Source: Kiritimatiellia bacterium (GTDB taxonomy: Bacteria > Verrucomicrobiota > Kiritimatiellia > RFP12 > UBA1067). From it: a stretch of DNA of 64,000 nt. The translations under genes were made by a program, and so were the position numbers. Shown one piece after another: positions 37,956 through 48,646 of this stretch; position 1 is the first letter of the stretch; each line of letters opens with the position of its first letter. Location: assembly GCA_051884875.1 (NCBI GenBank), contig JBJEWD010000056.1:23223-87222 (forward strand), in the 5' to 3' direction. Under the pieces are notes generated by a model. It saw nothing but the letters and a program-made list of their open reading frames with translations. It was not told the DNA's origin and did not search any database.

Positions 37956-39079
37956 GAAGGGCGTGGGCTATGCTGTTCGTTGCGGCGGCAACGGCGGTTT
38001 CGGACGGCGCGGCACCGGTTTCCTATGACGCCGGGAAGCACCGCGTGACGTTCTCCATCGTCTCCACGGACTGCGGTCTCGACGCTCAACTCGAATTCCT
38101 GTTCGTGGGGCCAACCTCCGACCGCGATTACGAGTCCATGTTCGTGACGGAGGCGTCCGTACAGGCGATTGCCGATGCCTTCGACAAGGCCGGCTTCCCG
38201 AGGGGCGTTCCCATCGATGTGCGCACATGCCGCTTCTGGCCGGTGGGCAATGCCGTCGAGATGGAGCCGAGTTTCACCAATCTCGTGCGGGAAATGCGAG
38301 GCGAACCGCTCCCGAAGGTCATCTATACGGGTGGGCTGCGCGACGCGGCAGGCGTTCCCGAGGCGCAGACGAATATGCCGAGCGCCGTCTTCGCCCTGTA
38401 CAACTGCGGGCAGTCACTCATCACGCTGAACGATACGCTGGAGCAATCCGTGACGTATGGGCGTTTTCAGCCGGCGATCAAGATACCGAAAGGGGAGAAG
38501 CGTTCGGTGACGTTCACCTGGAAGGGGAATACCGATACGGCGCCGCTGATGCTCGGGCTCAGACCCGGCAACCTCGCGGAGGCCATGGCCACGCTTCGGG
38601 AAAAATCCGCGACCGCCGAACTTGACGTGCGAACCGACTTCGCACCTGAACTGACGGTCAAGGAGGCCGGTGCCTGTGCGCAGGCTCTCGCGCTGCTGGA
38701 TTCCACGCGCATCAAGCTGAACGGCTTCCGCGAAGGACAGCTCTTCTACCGGGCGTTCCTGCCGCTGGAGAAATGGCGCGACCGCAAGGAAAGGCTGGCC
38801 CAACCGCCCGAAGTCCATTTCAAGACCGACGGATCTGTTCTCGTCAATGAAATCATCGAGGATTGGAGCGGTGACGAGGAGACGATCGAGCCGAAACTCA
38901 GCGTCAGGGAGCATCCGTGCGCCGACCTCGCCGCTGCCGCCCAGCTCTGCGACACGCTGAGCGCGCGTACGCAGACCATCTTCGTCTTTACGTCGCCCGA
39001 AACGAAACTCGCCGATATCTACGCCTTCCGGAAGGGGATGGCGAACCCGCCCCTCAACTGGTACGTCTTCACGGAATGA
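37952..39079 (+). CDS. Secreted hypothetical protein (YdjY-like domain possible)
   Basis: Signal peptide, coupled to both neighbours by ATGA overlaps, with an LEFLFV...YESMF segment. Confidence 0.65.
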   Translation: MRRAWAMLFVAAATAVSDGAAPVSYDAGKHRVTFSIVSTDCGLDAQLEFLFVGPTSDRDYESMFVTEASVQAIADAFDKAGFPRGVPIDVRTCRFWPVGNAVEMEPSFTNLVREMRGEPLPKVIYTGGLRDAAGVPEAQTNMPSAVFALYNCGQSLITLNDTLEQSVTYGRFQPAIKIPKGEKRSVTFTWKGNTDTAPLMLGLRPGNLAEAMATLREKSATAELDVRTDFAPELTVKEAGACAQALALLDSTRIKLNGFREGQLFYRAFLPLEKWRDRKERLAQPPEVHFKTDGSVLVNEIIEDWSGDEETIEPKLSVREHPCADLAAAAQLCDTLSARTQTIFVFTSPETKLADIYAFRKGMANPPLNWYVFTE

Positions 39080-40350
39080 GTGTGGTCTCGACAGAGCCCC
39101 TTGCCGCGCGCATGCGCCCGACGACGCTCGACGAAGTCGTCGGGCAGGAGCATATCCTCGGTGCCGGCAAGTTGCTTCGGCGGGTCATCGAGGCCGACCG
39201 ACTCACGAACATCATCCTCTACGGACCGCCCGGCTGCGGCAAGACTACGCTGGCGGAAGTGATCGCCCGGACGACGAAACGCAACTTCGTGCGCCTGTCC
39301 GGCGTCGTCTCCGGGGTGGCGGACATTCGTGAGATCTGCAACCGTGCCCGAAACGAGTTGGGCGGCGAAGGCACGATTCTCTTCATCGATGAAATCCATC
39401 GCTTTAACAAATCGCAACAGGATGTTCTGCTTCCCTATGTCGAAAACGGTACGGTTGTTCTCATCGGCGCGACGACGCATAACCCCAATTTCTTCATCAA
39501 TACGCCGCTGACCTCGCGTTCGCTCGTCTTCGAACTGCACGCCCTGTCGCCCGAAGCGGTGTCGCGGCTGTTGGAAAGGGCGCTTACGGACGCGAAAAGG
39601 GGCTACGGGCGCCTCCCTTCCGAATTAGACCCGGACGCACGCGATTTCCTTGCAACCATCTGCGATGGCGACGCCCGCCATGCGCTGACGGCCCTTGAGA
39701 TTGCCATGCGTTCGACACCGACGGATGAAAAGGGCGTCATCCACTTGACGCTAGACGTCATCCAGGAATGTGTCCAAAGACGGCAGGTGCGATATGACAA
39801 AAAGGAAGATGGCCACTACGACACCATCTCGGCCTTCATCAAGTCCATTCGCGGTAGCGATCCCGATGCAGCCGTCTACTGGCTCGGCAAGATGCTGTCG
39901 GCGGGGGAAGATCCGCGCTTCATCGCGCGGCGACTCGTCATCAGTGCCAGTGAGGATGTCGGTAACGCCGATCCGCGGGGGCTGACGGTCGCCGTGGCGG
40001 CCATGCAGGCCTGCGAATTCGTCGGCATGCCCGAGTGTGCGATCAACCTGTCCCAGGCGACGACCTATCTAGCGTCAGCGCCCAAATCCAATGCGAGCTG
40101 CATGGCCATCAGCGAAGCGATGGCGGATATCGAATCCAACGCCGTCCAGCCCGTGCCCGAGCACCTCAAGAACAAGCACGTGAACGCCATCGGCAGCGGC
40201 AGGGTCACGGCGTACAAATATCCGCACGCCTTCGCCAACCATTTCGTCGAACAGGCGTATCTGGACATACCAAAGAAATATTACCGTCCAACCGAACAGG
40301 GGTACGAGGCAACCATCCAGAAGCGTTTGGACTTCCTGCATCATAGTTAA
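39076..40350 (+). CDS. rarA: Replication-associated recombination protein A (MgsA)
   Basis: PLAARMRP, GPPGCGKTT, FIDEIHRFNKSQQD, ISAFIKSIRGSDPDA, SEDVGNADP. Confidence 0.96.
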   Translation: MSVVSTEPLAARMRPTTLDEVVGQEHILGAGKLLRRVIEADRLTNIILYGPPGCGKTTLAEVIARTTKRNFVRLSGVVSGVADIREICNRARNELGGEGTILFIDEIHRFNKSQQDVLLPYVENGTVVLIGATTHNPNFFINTPLTSRSLVFELHALSPEAVSRLLERALTDAKRGYGRLPSELDPDARDFLATICDGDARHALTALEIAMRSTPTDEKGVIHLTLDVIQECVQRRQVRYDKKEDGHYDTISAFIKSIRGSDPDAAVYWLGKMLSAGEDPRFIARRLVISASEDVGNADPRGLTVAVAAMQACEFVGMPECAINLSQATTYLASAPKSNASCMAISEAMADIESNAVQPVPEHLKNKHVNAIGSGRVTAYKYPHAFANHFVEQAYLDIPKKYYRPTEQGYEATIQKRLDFLHHS

Positions 40351-40372
40351 CATAATACGCATTATGCGAGAT
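40345..40372 (-). other. Chromosomal dif site (XerC/XerD)
   Basis: Minus strand reads ATCTCGCATAA-TGCGTA-TTATGTTAACT, against E. coli dif GGTGCGCATAA-TGTATA-TTATGTTAAAT. Gene orientation switches nearby. Confidence 0.85.
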
Positions 40373-40441
40373 AGCTACGCGGGCGCATTTCTGGTCTTGT
40401 TATGGCAAAATACCAGATGATTTATATGCTATAATACTCCC

Positions 40442-41419
40442 ATGAACGATTCCAAGATTCCTAACGTCGAGCCAGGTATTCCCGAAGAAGGTGCGGTCAG
40501 CGTCTACGGACAGGCTGACGCAATGGGCGATTTTCCTGTCCTCAAGGCTTTTCAGCAATATATTGACGCCGAACAGGCCAAAGCGCAGAAACGCATGACG
40601 ACGCTCTGCGTCTTCTTCGCCATCATCCTCACGATTGTCGTGGGCGTGTTCGTGGCACTCCTGATAGCCATGAGCACCTCTAGGAACGACACCAACGACA
40701 AGCTGATTCAGTATATGCTTCAGGAGCGCGAACGCCAGCATGCGGCGTTGCAGGCGCCTTCGGCGAACCCGCAGAACGAAGCCGCGTTCAAGGTTCTGAC
40801 CGACACCGTCAGTGCGCTTCAGAAGCAGCTCGCCGACCAACAGCTCAAACTGATCGAGGAAAAGCAGAAAGCCGCCGAAGAAGCCGTCAGGAAAGCGGCG
40901 GAAGCCGCCGCCGCACAGGTCAAGGCCAAACAGCAGCCGATCGCCCCCCCTTCTTCCGAGCAACTGGAACTGGAGAAGAAGAACAAGGCCGAGCGCGCAC
41001 GAATTACCAAGGAAAAGGAAGAGTTGGCCAAGGAGAAGGAACGGCTGCGTCAGCAGGAGATTGAACTTCACCGCCGCCGTCTCTATCCGGATTATTACCG
41101 GAAACTCGATGCCGAGAAGAATTCTCCGCGAAAGAGCGTTCCCGTCACCCGGGAAGCTTACACGTATCTGGCTGACGACGATGAAGATGGAGCGGATGAG
41201 GATCTTCGGGATAATCCCCTTCCCGCCAAACCCGTTCCCGCCGCCGTTCAGAAAAAGCCCGATGGCGTCAAGCCCATTCGTCGCGCCGACGGTTCGCTCC
41301 GCTACTTTGAGGATGACGAAGAAGAAGACGAAACCACGCCACCCGCCGACAAAGCGCCGACGCGCGATGCCCAGCCGACGGATCACGCTTCATCGGGCTG
41401 GTCGATTCCCCTCGACTGA
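40442..41419 (+). CDS. Single-pass membrane coiled-coil hypothetical protein
   Basis: One TM helix, an E/K/Q/A-rich coiled coil and an acidic disordered tail; TGCTATAAT lies 6 nt upstream of the ATG. Confidence 0.75.
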   Translation: MNDSKIPNVEPGIPEEGAVSVYGQADAMGDFPVLKAFQQYIDAEQAKAQKRMTTLCVFFAIILTIVVGVFVALLIAMSTSRNDTNDKLIQYMLQERERQHAALQAPSANPQNEAAFKVLTDTVSALQKQLADQQLKLIEEKQKAAEEAVRKAAEAAAAQVKAKQQPIAPPSSEQLELEKKNKAERARITKEKEELAKEKERLRQQEIELHRRRLYPDYYRKLDAEKNSPRKSVPVTREAYTYLADDDEDGADEDLRDNPLPAKPVPAAVQKKPDGVKPIRRADGSLRYFEDDEEEDETTPPADKAPTRDAQPTDHASSGWSIPLD

Positions 41420-41448
41420 TTCGACTTTTAGCACGTCACCGAAGGAAT

Positions 41449-41480
41449 AAAACACCCCCGGCGCAAGCCGGGGGTGTTTT
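41449..41480. terminator. Bidirectional intrinsic terminator
   Basis: AAAACACCCCCGGC-GCAA-GCCGGGGGTGTTTT between convergent genes. Confidence 0.88.
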
Positions 41481-41505
41481 CTCCATGTTTGCAGGAAGCG
41501 AATCG

Positions 41506-43308
41506 TCAGCGGTTGGTCGCGTAGAGCGGACCGAAGTTCTTGCAGGCGCGGAAGTCGGCACCCGTCGGATCGTCCGACGCGCCGAAGAGCCCCCAGCAGT
41601 GCGGCGTGAAGACCTGCTCTTCCGGGACGTTGTGCATCGCAACCGGGATGCGCAGCATCGAGGCGAGCGTAATGAGATCGGCACCGATGTGCCCGTAGGC
41701 GATGGCACCATGGTTGGCGGCCCAGGCGTTCATGACGCTGTAGACGTCCTTGAAATAGCCCTTGCCCGTCAGCCGCGGCGTGAACCACGTGCACGGCCAT
41801 TCGGGGTTTGTGCGCGCCATCAGTGCCTTCTGCTGCTGCGCGGCCAGTTCAACGGACCAGCCTTCGGCAATCTGCAGAACGGGACCCTGGCCCTTGACGA
41901 TGGAAATGCGAATCATCGTCAACGGCATGCCCTTCGGAGTGAGGAAGGAACTGGAGAAACCGCCGCCGCGGAAATATTCGACACCCGCCGGCACCCACTT
42001 CGTGGCCTTGAGCGTGGCATCGATGTCCTTCTGCGTGACTTCCCACCAGTTCTTGAAGACGCTCTTCTCCTTTTCCTTCATCTCGCCCGCCGCATCGAGG
42101 CAGCACGAACCTGAGTTGAGGAGGTGGATGATGCCCTGCTTCGCCTCCTTCGGCAGACCCTTTCCCGTTGCGCGCCTGACGGCCGCATCCGACCAGTAGG
42201 TGCGCACGTCGGCGAACATCGAGGCTTTATTCGTCAGAAGCCACATGAGGAGCATGCAGATGCCATTGAGCGAGTCGTTTTCGGTCGCCAGAATCTGCGG
42301 CATCTTCCTGCCGTTCCAGTCGAATGAACTGTTGCACATGACTTCAGCGACGTCGCCGTTCGGCCAATGGTCGGTCCACTGGCGCTGACCCTGGAAGCCG
42401 CCGGCGATGGCGTTGCGACCGACGGCCTCTTCGCCGAAACCCATCTCCTTGAGCTTTTCATTGCCAACCATCATATCACGGATGATGATCGCCATCTTGG
42501 CGATGAATTCCCAGTCGCGGTCTTTCTCGGCGCGCGACTTCTGGATCTTGACGGGATTGTAGTCCGGACCTTCCTTGAGGTTCTTGCGCATCCACGCGAG
42601 GGCCTTCTCGTACTCCTCCTTGTCGTAGATGCCCTCTTCGACGCGACGGAGAATTTCGCACTCGTCCATGTTCTCCGGTGCCAGCCCAAGGTAGTCCTGC
42701 ATGAAATCGACGTCGACGAACGAACCGGCAATGCCCATTGAGCTGGTGCCGATCGAGAGATAGCTCTTGCCCTTCATCATCGCGACCGCGAGCCCCGCCT
42801 TGGTGAAACGCAGGATCTTCTCTGCGACATCGGAGGGAATTTTCGCGGACTCGTCGCGGTTCTGCACCTCGCGGCCGTAGATACCATAGGCCGGCATACC
42901 GCGCTGTGCATAGCCCGCGAGCATGCAGGCGAGATAAACGGCACCCGGACGCTCCGTGCCATTGAAGCCCCACACGGCCTTCGGAATCTGCGGATCGAGA
43001 TCCATCGTCTCCGTTCCGTAGCACCAGCACGGAGTGACGGAGAGCGAGACGCCGACATTGTTATCGCGGAACTTATTCGCGCACATCGCCGCCTCAAAGC
43101 GTCCACCGATCGTGGTATCGGCGATGACGCACTCTACGGGCGTACCATCTGGATACGTGAGATTGTCGCGAATGAGCCGGGCGGCGGCCTTCGCCATCTC
43201 CATCGTCTGATCTTCGAGCGATTCGCGTACGCCGCGCCGACGCCCGTCGATAATCGGCCGAATGCCCACCTTGGGATAGCCATTCGCCGAGAAAACAGTC
43301 TGAGCCAT
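41506..43308 (-). CDS. fucI: L-fucose isomerase
   Basis: [52 protein letters not shown]. Confidence 0.96.
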   Translation of the reverse strand: MAQTVFSANGYPKVGIRPIIDGRRRGVRESLEDQTMEMAKAAARLIRDNLTYPDGTPVECVIADTTIGGRFEAAMCANKFRDNNVGVSLSVTPCWCYGTETMDLDPQIPKAVWGFNGTERPGAVYLACMLAGYAQRGMPAYGIYGREVQNRDESAKIPSDVAEKILRFTKAGLAVAMMKGKSYLSIGTSSMGIAGSFVDVDFMQDYLGLAPENMDECEILRRVEEGIYDKEEYEKALAWMRKNLKEGPDYNPVKIQKSRAEKDRDWEFIAKMAIIIRDMMVGNEKLKEMGFGEEAVGRNAIAGGFQGQRQWTDHWPNGDVAEVMCNSSFDWNGRKMPQILATENDSLNGICMLLMWLLTNKASMFADVRTYWSDAAVRRATGKGLPKEAKQGIIHLLNSGSCCLDAAGEMKEKEKSVFKNWWEVTQKDIDATLKATKWVPAGVEYFRGGGFSSSFLTPKGMPLTMIRISIVKGQGPVLQIAEGWSVELAAQQQKALMARTNPEWPCTWFTPRLTGKGYFKDVYSVMNAWAANHGAIAYGHIGADLITLASMLRIPVAMHNVPEEQVFTPHCWGLFGASDDPTGADFRACKNFGPLYATNR

Positions 43309-43451
43309 AACTTATTCCTTTCCCTATTTTTCTATCTCCCGTTTGTTGGGATTTGTACGACGCGCAGTATTATAGCACGATACGCACGTTCGATAAAAGG
43401 CCTTTGCCTCACCTCACAATATCTTCCGCCGCCCGGAATCGCCTAATTGCG

Positions 43452-44825
43452 TCATTTGCGCTCCCGCGAAAAGATGAGGGCGTAGACGAGAACGACGGCG
43501 AAGCAGATCGCCGGTACGACGAACGACGCGCGCAGCGACACCTGGGAGAGCCGAAGGTTCGCGTCCCACGTGGGATCGAAGAAACCCGTGAGCGAGCACC
43601 ATGTTGAATTGGCATCGCCGATGATTTTCGCCATCCACGGCGTGAGCAGCGCCCCGCCGACGATCGCCATGATCAGCCCTGCGGCGCCAAGCTTGTGGGC
43701 GCGCTGGTCGATACCGCCGAGGGCGATGCCGTAGATCGTCGGAAACATCAGCGACATGCAGCCCGACATGAGCACGAGACAGATCACGTTGTACGAGAAA
43801 GGCAGCCCGCCGACGGAGAACACGATTTTTGTCGGCAGATACATGACGCCGGCGGTGCAGAGAATGGCGAGGAACGCGAACAACGCCATGAGTTTGGCCG
43901 GACTGCAGTATTTCATCGCGAAAGTCGCCGCCCACCGGCAGACGATGAACACGGAAATGGCGATAAGATAGTAGCTGGCCGCCTTGGCCGCGGAAATTCC
44001 CAGCTCCTTCTGGCAGTAGACGTTCATCCAGGTCCACGCGGCGATCTGCACGCCCACGTAGAAGCACTGGGTGACGACCCCAAGATACCACCTGGGGCTA
44101 CAGGCGAGAATCCGGCAGATTGCCGCATAATCGGTTTTCTCCGCCGACACCCGGTCGACATCGGTCGGTTTGGAGACAAAACAGAATATCCAGATCGCCG
44201 CGCAGATTGCGCAAAGGCCAACGTACGGAACGCAAACCCAGAAAAGCTCTTTGTCGACAACGGCCTTGAGCGCCTCGCCGGCCATTTGCTGGCGCTCTTC
44301 GATCGATGCCGGATCGAGTTTGGCCAGAATCAGCTCCTTGGCGAGCAGTATGCCCGCGAGCGACCCCAGCGGATTGAACATCTGCGCGAAATTAAGCCGC
44401 CGCACCGCAGTCGACTCGTCACCGAGGGCGAGCACGTAGGGGTTGCAGGTCGTCTCAAGCACCGCGCATCCGCCGGCCACGATGAAGATGCCGACGATAT
44501 ACACCCAAAAGCTCTGCAGCACGCAGGCGGGAATGTAGAGCAAGGCGCCGATCACGTAGACCCCCAGCCCCGTCAGCACGCCGGCGCGGTAGCCCGCCTT
44601 CTGGATCAGCAGCGAAGCGAAGAGCGCAACCGCCGAATAGGCCCCGTAGAACGAGATCTGCACGTAGCCGGCGGTTGACTGGCTGGTCATGAAGATCTTC
44701 TGGAACGCCGGAACCAGATTGTCGGTCATGTTGTTCAAGAGCCCCCAGAGCGCAAAACAACTCACCAGCAGAATGAAGATGGCTAGATACTTTTTCGGAA
44801 CAATCGGCGTTCTCGCATCAGACAT
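43452..44825 (-). CDS. fucP: L-fucose:H+ symporter
   Basis: FALWG, LETTCNPY, RRLNFAQMFNPLG, SLMFPTIYG, MAIVGGA; upstream of fucI. Confidence 0.88.
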   Translation of the reverse strand: MSDARTPIVPKKYLAIFILLVSCFALWGLLNNMTDNLVPAFQKIFMTSQSTAGYVQISFYGAYSAVALFASLLIQKAGYRAGVLTGLGVYVIGALLYIPACVLQSFWVYIVGIFIVAGGCAVLETTCNPYVLALGDESTAVRRLNFAQMFNPLGSLAGILLAKELILAKLDPASIEERQQMAGEALKAVVDKELFWVCVPYVGLCAICAAIWIFCFVSKPTDVDRVSAEKTDYAAICRILACSPRWYLGVVTQCFYVGVQIAAWTWMNVYCQKELGISAAKAASYYLIAISVFIVCRWAATFAMKYCSPAKLMALFAFLAILCTAGVMYLPTKIVFSVGGLPFSYNVICLVLMSGCMSLMFPTIYGIALGGIDQRAHKLGAAGLIMAIVGGALLTPWMAKIIGDANSTWCSLTGFFDPTWDANLRLSQVSLRASFVVPAICFAVVLVYALIFSRERK

Positions 44826-44984
44826 TCGGAATTCCCCCACTTGTTTTAACGAAAATTATAGTAAAAAATTCTGAAACATACAAGTGACAGCCGAAGGTAA
44901 TTCTGCATTGCCCCACCCGGGACAAACTTACGGTAAAAAGAATGGAATGGCGCAAGGAGAAATGTGATATACTACGCTCCAATC

Positions 44985-46169
44985 ATGGATAAGACCGTTT
45001 ATCTCGACAACAACGCTACGACCGCCGTGGCACCCGAAGTGCGGGACGTGATGATGCCCTTCTTCGACAAGCTCTACGGCAACCCCAGCTCGATGCATGC
45101 CTTTGGCGGACAGGTCGCCAAATTCGTCGCGCGCGCACGTGAGGAAGTTGCCGCGTTCCTGAACTGCTCGCCCGAGGAGATCATCTTCACCTCCTGCGCG
45201 ACGGAATCCGACAATGCGGCGATTCGTGGCACGGCTGACTACTACGGCAGGGCTACGAAGATCGTCACGACGGCGGTTGAACATCCCGCCGTCCTCCAAC
45301 CGTGCCGTCGGCTCAAGGCACTGGGTTACACGGAGGTTGAACTGCCCGTCAACGGGGTCGGGCAAATGGATCTCGACCAGCTCCGCGCCGAACTCAAGGG
45401 TACGAAGAACGCTTTCGTTTCCATCATGTGGGCGAATAACGAAACCGGCACCGTCTTCCCCATCGAGAAGATTGCCGAGATCTGCAGGGAATATGGCGCC
45501 ATACTCCATACGGATGCCGTTCAGGTCGCGGGCAAGATTCCCGTCGATGTCTCCAAGGTTCCCGTCGATATGCTGTCGATGAGCGGGCACAAGTTCCATG
45601 CCCCCAAGGGAATCGGCATCTTCTATGTCCGCAAGGGTACGAAACTCAAGCCTTTCATGCTGGGCGGCCATCAGGAGTCGGGGCGTCGCGCCGGGACCGA
45701 GAACGTGCCGTACATCATCGGTCTCGCAAAGGCATGCGAACTCGCGCGGCTCGGCATGGCGGCGGAGGGCGAGACGTTGACGAGGCTCCGCGATAAGCTT
45801 GAGGCGGGCATTCTCGCCCGATGCCCGAATGTGCGCGTCAACGGCGACCGTGCGAACCGTCTGCCGAATACGCTCAACCTCAGCTTCGAATACATCGAGG
45901 GCGAGGCCATCGCCTATCACCTCTCCGATCTCGGCATCTGCATCTCGACCGGTAGCGCCTGTGCTTCCGGTTCGCTCGACCCAAGCCACGTCATCCGCGC
46001 GATGGGCGTGCCGTTCATCGCCGTCCACGGTTCCGTCCGCTTCTCGCTGTCGCGCTACAACACGATGGAAGAGGTCGATTACGTGCTGGAGAAGCTGCCG
46101 CCGGTTATCAAGAAACTGCGCGAACTTTCGCCCTTCGGCCCTGATGTGGATCCGACGACGTTCAAATGA
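44985..46169 (+). CDS. nifS: Cysteine desulfurase (NifS/IscS group I)
   Basis: YLDNNATT, GNPSS, HTDAVQ, SGHKFH, STGSACASG. Confidence 0.9.
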   Translation: MDKTVYLDNNATTAVAPEVRDVMMPFFDKLYGNPSSMHAFGGQVAKFVARAREEVAAFLNCSPEEIIFTSCATESDNAAIRGTADYYGRATKIVTTAVEHPAVLQPCRRLKALGYTEVELPVNGVGQMDLDQLRAELKGTKNAFVSIMWANNETGTVFPIEKIAEICREYGAILHTDAVQVAGKIPVDVSKVPVDMLSMSGHKFHAPKGIGIFYVRKGTKLKPFMLGGHQESGRRAGTENVPYIIGLAKACELARLGMAAEGETLTRLRDKLEAGILARCPNVRVNGDRANRLPNTLNLSFEYIEGEAIAYHLSDLGICISTGSACASGSLDPSHVIRAMGVPFIAVHGSVRFSLSRYNTMEEVDYVLEKLPPVIKKLRELSPFGPDVDPTTFK

Positions 46170-46189
46170 GACAGGGGAAAGGAAGGAAA

Positions 46190-46555
46190 ATGAAGACCGT
46201 CAGATGTTCCCATTGGATTCTTCCGTGCGTTCTGTTCCTGGGGCTGTTCGCCGGTTGCCGCCGCGAGGACATCCGCACCTGCGACATCGAGATTCAGGGC
46301 ATGACGCTGGATGACGCCATTCGGATGAAGCGGGCGACGCGTGCGCTCGAACGCTATCAGGGCGTTCTAAAGGATTCCTATCACTGGGACATGGCCGCGA
46401 ACGGCAATCTCGTCCTGACGCTCAAATACGACTCCATGCAGGTGGCGCAGACGAACCTGCGCATGTCGATTGCCGAGACGGGCGCGACAGTCGTCTTCCC
46501 GACCAAGACGGGTCCGGCGGGCTACGTCAACGAGAAGCCCGCCGGGGTGGAGTAG
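46190..46555 (+). CDS. Small lipoprotein with HMA-like fold lacking CxxC
   Basis: Lipobox FAGC; an IEIQGM...LKYDS pattern. Confidence 0.6.
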   Translation: MKTVRCSHWILPCVLFLGLFAGCRREDIRTCDIEIQGMTLDDAIRMKRATRALERYQGVLKDSYHWDMAANGNLVLTLKYDSMQVAQTNLRMSIAETGATVVFPTKTGPAGYVNEKPAGVE

Positions 46556-46567
46556 TGAGATCGGGTG

Positions 46568-46594
46568 CCTGGCGCCCCGTGCCGTGGCGCCAGG
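46568..46594. terminator. Hairpin between convergent genes
   Basis: CCTGGCGCC / GGCGCCAGG stem with no U tract. Confidence 0.35.
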
Positions 46595-46598
46595 ACAA

Positions 46599-48557
46599 TC
46601 ACTTGTTTACGCTGAGCGTCATCCTGCCGATGACGTAGCCTTGGTTGGAGTAGTCGGATGCGCTGGCGCAACCGCCGTGGTAGTTGCCTTTGGTTGCGAA
46701 GTTGATTCCGTAATCCTCGCAGTTGAAACGGTAGCGGTTCCACAGCACACGGCCAAGGACATCGCCGTTGAATTCCTGTTTGAGCTCGATGGCGATCACG
46801 CGCATGCACTTGTCCTGCGGCGAGCAACTCTGCAGCTGGCACGTATAGGTCTTCGTTTCGGGGTCGTAGTCCTCAAAATGAACCTGACAGTCGTACGGCC
46901 CGCCCGGCACCCAACCGCCGCCGAGCTTCGCGGACGTAACCTTGACCTTGGCGATATCCGTCCCCTTAAGCACGACCTGCTCGGTCGAGGAAAGAAACTT
47001 CGTCACGACGACATCCTTCGCCGTGCCGTCGTCCGTAAAGATCATCTTCTTGTCTTTCAGCAGCTCCGCGTCGGGGAAGACTTTCATCATCGTCTTGGCA
47101 AGGATGTTAGCCATGCGTTGATAGCCCGCGTCGTTCGGATGAAGCGCCACGTCGATAGAAAGGCCCGCCAGTTCGTCCTGCTCGCCGCACGTCGCGTAGA
47201 AGTCCGCCAGCGGCAGATTCTCCTTCTTCGCAATGGCGCGGACGAGTTCCGCGTATTCCCTGAGATAGTAGCCGGGTTTGCCGTCGTCGCCCGCACGCTG
47301 CTGCGCGTCGCACGTCGCGGGAAGATAATCGCCGAAGCCGTAGCCCTTGCGCGGCGTGCAGAGGATGATTGTCGCCTTCGGATTCGTCGCGCGGAGCTTG
47401 TCGATGATCTGACGGTAGGTTGCCGCGAAGGTGCCGTTGTCGGTGTTGTGCTCGTAGTCGGCCATCGTACCCGGTGCAACGCGGTTTCCCCAGTCATTGA
47501 TGCCGTGCTCGATGGTATAGAGGTCGGCGTCCTCAATGCACCATAGCGTGGACTTGAGACAGGCGCCGCTGATGCCCTTGTTCGTGAAGCCCGCGAACTT
47601 GATCTGATCCATGAGCCACGACTGGTAACCTTTCTGGAACAGCCCGCCCGCATGGCTATTGTACCACGTGATGGACGTACCAAGGCTCAGCCACCTGAGC
47701 GGCAGATAGCGCGGCGATCCGATTGTCGTCTTCGAATCTTCCGCCGTCAGCACATCCGGAATCGCCTTCTGGACGGACTTCACCCCCAGAGCGGTCTCGG
47801 CCTTTCCCGCCGAAGCCTTCCGCGTCATCCGCGTGGACGCCGGCCGCGTCGGCTTGTTGGCCTTGACTCCGTATTTCCGCGCATTTTTCTGGATATACGC
47901 CAGCACCGCTTCGGAGATCGCCTTCATGCCGGCAACGGTCGGATGCCCGTCCATTTTCTCGCACGATTCCGGAATATTCACCACGGGAATCTGATAGTGT
48001 TTGCAGATCTCGGCCACCGAGGCCGGGACGACGCTTCCAATCCCGCTGTTGAGCACGAAGACGATCTTCGCCTGCGGGTATTTCTTCTTCAGCGTCACGA
48101 GCATCTTGGCGCAGGCCGGACGGAAGGATTTGAGATCCTCCGTTTTCCAGCCGTTGTACTTGAATTCGCCGATCGGCGATTGAGCCCAGGCGTCATTCGT
48201 GCCACCGCAGACCAGAATGACATCCGGCTTGCCCAGCGCCTCCGCCCGGGTGACGAAGCACGTCTGCAGACAGTCCTTTCCACCATAGCCGGTCGAGCAG
48301 ATCGTGGAACCCGAGAAGGAATTGTTCACCTCAAGGGTTCCGCCCATGCCTTTGATGACCTGCATCCACCAGGTCTGTTCGACGGATTCCAGTCCGGCGG
48401 TCTTCCGTTCGGCATGGTACCAGACGGCATTGCCGGCCGGCGTCACATATCCCGTAAAGGTCGAGTAGCTATCGCCAAGAATGGACACCTTCGGTCCTGC
48501 CGCCTCTACGAACAAAGCCGTCAACACCGATAAACCAATCAATGCAACCTTCCTCAT
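46599..48557 (-). CDS. Tandem SGNH/GDSL esterase with unknown C-terminal domain
   Basis: Domain 1: GDSYS, GGTND, DGHP. Domain 2: GTSIT, HGIND, ALHP. Signal peptide. Confidence 0.88.
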   Translation of the reverse strand: MRKVALIGLSVLTALFVEAAGPKVSILGDSYSTFTGYVTPAGNAVWYHAERKTAGLESVEQTWWMQVIKGMGGTLEVNNSFSGSTICSTGYGGKDCLQTCFVTRAEALGKPDVILVCGGTNDAWAQSPIGEFKYNGWKTEDLKSFRPACAKMLVTLKKKYPQAKIVFVLNSGIGSVVPASVAEICKHYQIPVVNIPESCEKMDGHPTVAGMKAISEAVLAYIQKNARKYGVKANKPTRPASTRMTRKASAGKAETALGVKSVQKAIPDVLTAEDSKTTIGSPRYLPLRWLSLGTSITWYNSHAGGLFQKGYQSWLMDQIKFAGFTNKGISGACLKSTLWCIEDADLYTIEHGINDWGNRVAPGTMADYEHNTDNGTFAATYRQIIDKLRATNPKATIILCTPRKGYGFGDYLPATCDAQQRAGDDGKPGYYLREYAELVRAIAKKENLPLADFYATCGEQDELAGLSIDVALHPNDAGYQRMANILAKTMMKVFPDAELLKDKKMIFTDDGTAKDVVVTKFLSSTEQVVLKGTDIAKVKVTSAKLGGGWVPGGPYDCQVHFEDYDPETKTYTCQLQSCSPQDKCMRVIAIELKQEFNGDVLGRVLWNRYRFNCEDYGINFATKGNYHGGCASASDYSNQGYVIGRMTLSVNK

Positions 48558-48646
48558 GATCCCGTCTTTTCCTTTCCCTGTATCCGTTTATTGCGTCCCT
48601 ATCTCCGTTTATTGCGCATCCCGTTGACATCATCATTCGGCCGTTT

